Source: Candidatus Hermodarchaeota archaeon (lineage in GTDB: Archaea; Asgardarchaeota; Heimdallarchaeia; Hodarchaeales; Hodarchaeaceae). Taken from it: a DNA stretch of 32,000 bases. This document shows, piece by piece, positions 26,386-32,000 of the stretch (its first letter is position 1; every line of letters begins with the position of its first letter). The notes under the pieces were generated by a model. The model was given only the letters and a program-made list of their open reading frames with translations. It did not search any database and was not told the origin of the DNA. Where the stretch lies: positions 1,836 to 33,835 of the forward strand of contig JBHLKY010000030.1 in NCBI GenBank assembly GCA_048886185.1. Direction: 5' to 3'. A program made the position numbers and the translations under genes.

Positions 26386-26874
26386 ATGAAAAATAAATGG
26401 CGAGTAATGCCCAAACGTGTAGGAAGGAGTCGAAAAATTCAAGTTAGGCAGTTTGAACCAGAAGAAATATGGATAGAATATGAACTAGATGTTGAAGATG
26501 CTTCATTAGCGAATGATGCTGTTCGAGAAGCAACTAAATTAGCAATTGCTTATCTAAATGAGGAGGAGGCCAAATTACGAGGTAAAAAATTTCCAAGGGA
26601 AGAGAAAATGGAAGAAAAACCTTTTATTGAATATTATCTTAAAATAACTGATGAAGGGAAGAACCTTGGTAATTTTCGTATAAAGCCATCAGATGACCCA
26701 CAATTCGCAAATTTCATACATTTATGGTTAGAAAAGGATCAACAAGAGTTTTATGTAGGTTTTTTACGCAAAGATACTGGAGAGTTCAAATTCAAGTCGA
26801 AAAACAAAGAATTAATCCAAAAATATGGGATCAAGAAAGACCAACATTTTCAAATTGTTGAGTCTAAAAATTGA
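26386..26874 (+). CDS. Hypothetical protein (start likely ATG 26386; track start GTG 26377)
   Basis: GGTGGTG SD-like motif precedes ATG 26386. Soluble and charged; no motif recognised. Confidence 0.65.
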   Translation: MKNKWRVMPKRVGRSRKIQVRQFEPEEIWIEYELDVEDASLANDAVREATKLAIAYLNEEEAKLRGKKFPREEKMEEKPFIEYYLKITDEGKNLGNFRIKPSDDPQFANFIHLWLEKDQQEFYVGFLRKDTGEFKFKSKNKELIQKYGIKKDQHFQIVESKN

Positions 26875-27069
26875 TAATTCATTTGGGAGCTTTCAGTTCT
26901 TCAGCTAGATTATGCAAGTGTAGTTTTCTTTTTGATTTCAGGGATTCTTAGGATTCGCCCAATTTTGAATAAAAATGAAACATGATTATGATTGTTAATA
27001 AAATAATTAAAACATTGATTCAACATAATTTTATCAAATCCCTCAAGTTAGAAAGCAATATAACAAGTT

Positions 27070-27378
27070 TTATTTTGATATTTGTTTTAAAATATGTCTG
27101 AGATTATTGATATAATCTTTAAAAGCAAGCTCGCCTTGTTTAGTTATTTCAACAATCTTCAATGGTCGTCCAGTAAGTATTGATTTACGTGTCTTTACAT
27201 AATTTACTCCTTCAAGTCTTTTTATGTGAAAATCTAAGTTACCAGGTGTTAAATGTAGGAGTTTTTGTAATTCAGTGAAACCAACATTTTTATGGGCATA
27301 TAGGATTAACATAATTGGAAATCGAACTGATGTGGGAAAAATTTCATTATTTGGGGGTATACGATCAGTATTTTCCAT
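27070..27378 (-). CDS. Winged-helix transcriptional regulator (ArsR/MarR-like)
   Basis: RFPIMLIL...FTELQKLLHLTPGNLDFHIKRLE...YV...VEITKQGELAF winged-HTH pattern. Confidence 0.9.
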   Translation of the reverse strand: MENTDRIPPNNEIFPTSVRFPIMLILYAHKNVGFTELQKLLHLTPGNLDFHIKRLEGVNYVKTRKSILTGRPLKIVEITKQGELAFKDYINNLRHILKQISK

Positions 27379-27397
27379 ACTATGAATCCCCTATGAA

Positions 27398-28132
27398 TCA
27401 TTCTTGAAATCCAGAGTCTCTTTCGAGAATTAAATGTGCTTTTTTGATAAGATAATAACCACAGATAAAGTAACTTATTAAAAAGATGAATAGATTGCTT
27501 ATAATGCCTAAATTGAAAGGTATATATGATCCTTGAAAATTAATATTAATAAGGATCCAATTAAAATCAATTAATTCATCAAAAAAGTACAAAATCATAA
27601 AAACACTGGCAAAAAAAATTAGAATTAATCCCAAATAAAGGATTTCTTTAAAGTTTTTGAATTCCACAATTTTTTTTAGAAAATAATACGAGATTAGGCA
27701 ACCTAAACCTCCACTCCATAAATAATTGACTGTAAATTGAGAAAAAGGAGTTAATATTAAGGCAGAGGGAAAAACGTACATGAAAAATAATGCAAAACCC
27801 AGAAAAGCATACCGATGAAAATGTAGTCCATTTTCGTCAATGGTTGTCTTTTTGACAGAAAAATATGTTAAAATCGTGAGAAAAAAGCATAATAATAGAG
27901 GAATAATAGTGGAGAATAGAAGTAAATAATAATAAAGATTTAAATTCCCAATGATTCGCAATGCCTTAAAGGGATCAGTAGGTTCATAAAAGAGGATATA
28001 TTGTAAAATTGCAGCAATAAAATTAGTAACACCAATTATTATTATCATAAATCCCAATGATTTTCTTATTTGATATTCTTCAAATTGATACAAGAGTTGA
28101 AAACCTTTAGTTACTTCTTCAATATCTGGCAT
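27398..28132 (-). CDS. Multi-pass membrane protein, likely co-transcribed with the winged-helix regulator
   Basis: About 6 hydrophobic segments; 19-nt gap to the downstream HTH gene. Confidence 0.75.
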   Translation of the reverse strand: MPDIEEVTKGFQLLYQFEEYQIRKSLGFMIIIIGVTNFIAAILQYILFYEPTDPFKALRIIGNLNLYYYLLLFSTIIPLLLCFFLTILTYFSVKKTTIDENGLHFHRYAFLGFALFFMYVFPSALILTPFSQFTVNYLWSGGLGCLISYYFLKKIVEFKNFKEILYLGLILIFFASVFMILYFFDELIDFNWILININFQGSYIPFNLGIISNLFIFLISYFICGYYLIKKAHLILERDSGFQE

Positions 28133-28493
28133 TTAAATCACAAAACAAATCTTATGGAACAATCATTCTAAGTTTTATAAGATTATTATATTCTCTGTTT
28201 GCCAGAATAGAGTAGGTAAATGATACTAAATGGGTCCATCTTCAATTCAATCAGAGAAATACATAAAGTATTTGGTAATCTTTCTTGGGTTTTTTAAACC
28301 AAGTCAAAGAATAAAGAATTAATATATGGAATCAAGAGGGAACTACATTTACAAATTGTGATGCAATAAGATAATTCTATCAAAATCCAGAATTTAAGGC
28401 ACAAAAAAGTAAAGATTTTAAAATCATGCAAACATTAATTCAATCGATTTCACTAATTAAGTTGTAATTCCAATTGAAATTTGAGTTGATAAT

Positions 28494-29411
28494 ATGAGTC
28501 ATGTTCGTTCTGCTATTCGTGCTGGTAGTTGGTATTCGGGGCAGAAAGATCGTTTAGTTCAAGAGATCCATAACATGTACCTCCACGAAGTAGGTCCAGG
28601 GAGAAGACCAGTAGCGTTTAATCAAAGAAAAGAAGTTAAGAATGTTCTTGGGGTAGTTTCTCCTCATGCAGGTTATGCTTGTTCCGCCCCTACAGCTTCC
28701 CATGGCTTTCTGGCAATAGCTGAAGATCGAAGAGAAGTCGATACAGTCATACTTCTTGGTAATAAACATACACACCGAGGGCCAGAAATTTCCGTTGCCT
28801 CTTTTGATGCCTGGGAAACACCCCTTGGCTTAGTTGGGGTTAATAAGTCGTTGTTAAAAAGAATTATTGAGAATAAACACCAATTGAGCAAGCAGCTCGC
28901 GTTAATGATTGATTTTGATGATACAGCTCATAAGGATGAGCATTCAATCGAATTGCAGATACCATTCATCCAAGATATATTTTCAAAGGTTAAAATTGCT
29001 CCAATAGCCGTAGGTCATCTTCCAACAAACCTTACACAATCTTTTGGCTATTATTTAGCTGAAATGATAAAACAGGAGGGGATTGAAAATTCAACTGTAG
29101 CTATTGCGAGCACTGATATGACTCATGGTAACTATTTTCCTATGTTAAATCATGACCAAGTTTCTTCACTCGATAGATTAGCTCTAGTTCCAATATTAAA
29201 TCGCGATCCTGAAGCATTAGAGGACGCTGTCCAGAAAAATAATATATCAATGTGTGGTGTGGGGCCTGTAAAGGTTCTTCTTTCAATGACAGAAAAATTA
29301 GGAGCAAAATCCGCTAAATTATTAAATTATGCAACCAGTGGTTTGACTTGTGGTTCTAGAAGTGCTGTAGTTGGCTATGCATCAATTGCAGTTTTAAAAA
29401 GCGATATTTAA
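28494..29411 (+). CDS. amrB: MEMO1 family protein (AmmeMemoRadiSam system protein B)
   Basis: AGSWY, VSPHAGY, WETPLG, EHSIELQIPF, STDMTH, SMCG and VVGYASI motifs. Confidence 0.93.
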   Translation: MSHVRSAIRAGSWYSGQKDRLVQEIHNMYLHEVGPGRRPVAFNQRKEVKNVLGVVSPHAGYACSAPTASHGFLAIAEDRREVDTVILLGNKHTHRGPEISVASFDAWETPLGLVGVNKSLLKRIIENKHQLSKQLALMIDFDDTAHKDEHSIELQIPFIQDIFSKVKIAPIAVGHLPTNLTQSFGYYLAEMIKQEGIENSTVAIASTDMTHGNYFPMLNHDQVSSLDRLALVPILNRDPEALEDAVQKNNISMCGVGPVKVLLSMTEKLGAKSAKLLNYATSGLTCGSRSAVVGYASIAVLKSDI

Positions 29412-29440
29412 AAAACAACAGTATAAAAGGAAACGGTCCT

Positions 29441-30415
29441 TTGGAACCTCCCAATATAATCCTTGTTATAGGTAAAGTGGCTTACCATTTCGACTTCTCT
29501 ATAAATAACGAATTTCTTACAATCACAGACCCTGATACTAAGAATCCTACTACAACTGCTGCTGATGTTAAGCGAATATTCAATGGAATGGGAGCAAATA
29601 TTGCATATGGTTTAGCCATTCTCGGTTCTTCTCCAATCCTAGTAACGCAAGTGGGGCGTGATTTTGATTGGTTTTATCTTCCACATTTGAGAAGTGTAGG
29701 CATTGACGTGAGACCATTTATTGACCCAGAAAAAGAAACAGCTTGTAAATACACGATAAAAGACAATCATAACCATATTATCAATATTTTTCAAGAAAAT
29801 AGTTATCATTTCTTTGCTGAAAGAGAATTAGAAGCCAATTTAGATTTAAATGAGTTTCAAGACCTGAATGTTGTATTCATTGGAACAGGAAAAGTCGAAG
29901 CTGATACAAAATTTGTTTCCAAGATTAATAAGCTAAATAAAAAACTTCCAATCATCTATTCTCCCGATTCTAATGTACATGAATTGACTAAGTGGAGAAT
30001 AACGCAAATATTCGATAAAATCTCAGTCCTAGTTTGTACAGAAGACGAACTGAGACTGATTGAAGATCGGATGAAACAACCATGCGATGAAATATTACAA
30101 AATTCACAACGGTTAAAATATATTGTTTCAATGATACAGCGTTCACGAATCCTCATTTTTTCAAAGGAATTTAAACTAAAAATATCTGAAGGACCTGCAG
30201 AAGAAGTCCTTTCCGAAAATGCATGGTATGATGCTTTCCGTGCTGGACTTACATATGGTATTGCATTAAAGAAACCAATTGAGGAGGCAGCTAAAATTGC
30301 ATCAGCTTTGGCATCCTACGCAGTTGAGACTCGTGAGAATCAAAAATATTCTCCTAGTCTAGAACAGGTATCACTTCGTGCTTTCGAGGTAAAAACAACA
30401 CAAAAAGAGAAGTAA
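29441..30415 (+). CDS. PfkB/ribokinase-family protein with a degenerate anion-hole motif
   Basis: GMGANIAYGLAILG, QVGRDF, DAFRAGL...AS.LAS..VE. The usual DTTGAGD is replaced by SENAWYD. TTG start. Confidence 0.75.
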   Translation: MEPPNIILVIGKVAYHFDFSINNEFLTITDPDTKNPTTTAADVKRIFNGMGANIAYGLAILGSSPILVTQVGRDFDWFYLPHLRSVGIDVRPFIDPEKETACKYTIKDNHNHIINIFQENSYHFFAERELEANLDLNEFQDLNVVFIGTGKVEADTKFVSKINKLNKKLPIIYSPDSNVHELTKWRITQIFDKISVLVCTEDELRLIEDRMKQPCDEILQNSQRLKYIVSMIQRSRILIFSKEFKLKISEGPAEEVLSENAWYDAFRAGLTYGIALKKPIEEAAKIASALASYAVETRENQKYSPSLEQVSLRAFEVKTTQKEK

Positions 30416-30441
30416 CTTCATAAGGAAAAGTTGAAAATATT

Positions 30442-31422
30442 CTAGGAAGAAAAATTCGGGACATAAGATTTTGCTAAATCATAATATTGGCTTGAAATTG
30501 TTATCTGCTCTTCTTTTTTCTCTGCATTGGATTCATTCATGCCTTGAAATCCATAAACTTTTCCTCTGACATAAGCTCGATAACATTTAAAGAAGTCTAC
30601 AATCTCTATTAATAGCTCATCTCCACTATAATCTATATATTTGTCTATAAATTTTTTGGACAAATCAGACTCTCCCCAAAAGTCGAGATCCATTGCTAGA
30701 AAGCCTACATCTTCGCATACATCCCCATAGCGTAGTAAAGGGTTAAATTCAATGCAATCAAAAATTTTGATTTCATTATTTGGTAGAATGAAAATATTAT
30801 TGCTACATAGATCGCCATGGTTATCTGTTATCCGATTATCATTAATACGTTCCTGAAATAACCCCTGATTTCCCCGCATGAACCCAAAGATATGATCTTG
30901 GAATTCTTTGCTTTCGGTTCGAAATTGAGAGGTAGTTCGAAAGTTCTCATCCCATTTTTCCCATATATATTTCAATTTACCCCATTCAGGAACTTTTTTG
31001 GTGTTTTCATGAAAAGTGGCTAGAATTTTCGCAGTTTTCTCAATCGCAGAGGTAGAAATATCCTTTTTCATTAACAAATTTTGCATAAGACAACTTTCTG
31101 GAAGTTGTTTCATTTGTACTCCATACTCTATGATCTCTCCTGGTTCGTTGATTTTACCCTCTGAGTTTATTGAGAAGACATCAATATAGATATCAGGAGA
31201 AAATCGTCTATTTAGTTTAAGTTCTTTATAGCAATATTTTTTTCGAAGATCTAAGGTTGAAAAGTCGAGAATATCTCCAAACTTAACTGGTTTTTTTACC
31301 TTATAGGCAAAAGATCCTGTTAAAAATACCCATGAAATGTGAGTTTCTCGCACTTCTAGCGTTTCTACTGAGTAAATGGTAGCCAAAGCTTCCTTAAACA
31401 TATTAGGATGAAAAAGTGTCAA
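30442..31422 (-). CDS. Aminoglycoside-phosphotransferase-like kinase-fold protein
   Basis: ETHISWVFLTG, AYKVKKPV, LDFSTL, ELKLNRRFSP, HGDL, FDCIEFN and DVGFLAMDL motifs. Confidence 0.88.
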   Translation of the reverse strand: MTLFHPNMFKEALATIYSVETLEVRETHISWVFLTGSFAYKVKKPVKFGDILDFSTLDLRKKYCYKELKLNRRFSPDIYIDVFSINSEGKINEPGEIIEYGVQMKQLPESCLMQNLLMKKDISTSAIEKTAKILATFHENTKKVPEWGKLKYIWEKWDENFRTTSQFRTESKEFQDHIFGFMRGNQGLFQERINDNRITDNHGDLCSNNIFILPNNEIKIFDCIEFNPLLRYGDVCEDVGFLAMDLDFWGESDLSKKFIDKYIDYSGDELLIEIVDFFKCYRAYVRGKVYGFQGMNESNAEKKEEQITISSQYYDLAKSYVPNFSS

Positions 31423-31951
31423 TATATGTTTTCACTTCCTGAAGAATAATTGCTAGATCCCTCCCTGTATCAATTTCTAAGTGAGGAATGGTTATAGGCT
31501 CAAATCTCTCTTTGATTTCCAAGTAAATGCTGAAATCAGCATCACTGGCATCATTTCCATGTAATTTTCGTTTATCTATCCTTTGTTTAATTATCTCTTC
31601 TGAACATATGGTTCTAATAACGATTAATTTCTCATTTAATTGTTGACAAATATCGAAAAGAGGCTGCCTTTTTGTTTGGGAATAAAAGGTACCATCTACT
31701 ATTACAGAGAGTTTTTGCTGGAGGAGAAAATCAGTAATTAGATATAATGCGTTATATACCAAATCGCGTTTTTCTTGTGTGTATAACTTGTCACCAAATG
31801 GGACATAATTATGATGAGAGAAATCAAAGAGTTTTCTTCTTACTATATCGGTACTCAGATAAATTAGTTGAGCTGAAGGAGAATGAGACAGTTCTTTCGC
31901 TAGACTTGTTTTACCTGTTCCTGGTAGGCCCAATATAACGATCAAAGGCAT
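31403..31951 (-). CDS. AAA_33-type P-loop kinase (gluconate/adenylate kinase-like)
   Basis: GLPGTGKT Walker A, STDIVRRKL, VDGTF and DASDAD motifs. 20-nt overlap with the downstream kinase gene. Confidence 0.88.
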   Translation of the reverse strand: MPLIVILGLPGTGKTSLAKELSHSPSAQLIYLSTDIVRRKLFDFSHHNYVPFGDKLYTQEKRDLVYNALYLITDFLLQQKLSVIVDGTFYSQTKRQPLFDICQQLNEKLIVIRTICSEEIIKQRIDKRKLHGNDASDADFSIYLEIKERFEPITIPHLEIDTGRDLAIILQEVKTYIDTFSS

Positions 31952-32000
31952 TTATACCAATTCTCTCATTATGATAATCTAATCACAACACATTTTCTAA

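Noticed and set aside
28414-28425. Perfect 12-bp palindrome GATTTTAAAATC in a divergent promoter region
   Set aside because: Single occurrence, almost all A/T in very AT-rich DNA; compatible with chance.
30442-31422. Aminoglycoside resistance gene
   Set aside because: The motifs match the uncharacterised APH-like family partnered with AAA_33, not clinical APH enzymes.
1023-31938. Short 60-103 aa ORFs overlapping longer genes (e.g. 1023..1334, 3880..4104, 4969..5157, 6927..7169, 10152..10379, 15371..15679, 18986..19216, 23814..24053, 31747..31938)
   Set aside because: They are antisense or alternate-frame shadows of well-supported genes and show no motifs.
1-32000. tRNA, rRNA, CRISPR array, IS element, selenocysteine/pyrrolysine readthrough
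   Set aside because: No cloverleaf, GC-rich structural RNA, spaced repeat, transposase or interrupted conserved ORF was seen; manual inspection could miss small ncRNAs.

Overview
AT-rich, gene-dense archaeal window with about 30 CDS. No rRNA, tRNA, CRISPR array or mobile element was recognised. The eukaryotic-signature content (Rag/Gtr-type small GTPases with C-terminal roadblock domains, longin/uDENN-like proteins, a gelsolin-like domain) suggests an Asgard archaeon, probably Heimdallarchaeia-like; this is inferred by eye, not from a search. Two modules are interleaved. (1) A signalling set: three intact Rag-like GTPases (G4 = HKxD), one pseudo-GTPase, three proteins with NPRL2/FLCN/SMCR8-like longin N-termini, a CBS-only protein and an MFS transporter. 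(2) A redox set: an operon HydC-like, HydB-like, catalytically gutted NuoG/FdhA-like, NfnA, NfnB, and a second operon with a Cys-less TrxB-like domain fused to NfnA, followed by NfnB. Top observation: the same ~95-aa beta-sandwich-like domain is appended to NfnB-1 and to both neighbouring longin proteins, which may couple a bifurcating flavoenzyme to small-GTPase regulation. Also, ABCE1 has no canonical in-frame start: GTG-GTT-TAA-C precedes the reading frame, resembling the prfB CTT-TGA-C +1 frameshift site, although a one-base assembly error or an ATA start are equally possible. All family calls are by motif recognition; no database searches were run.
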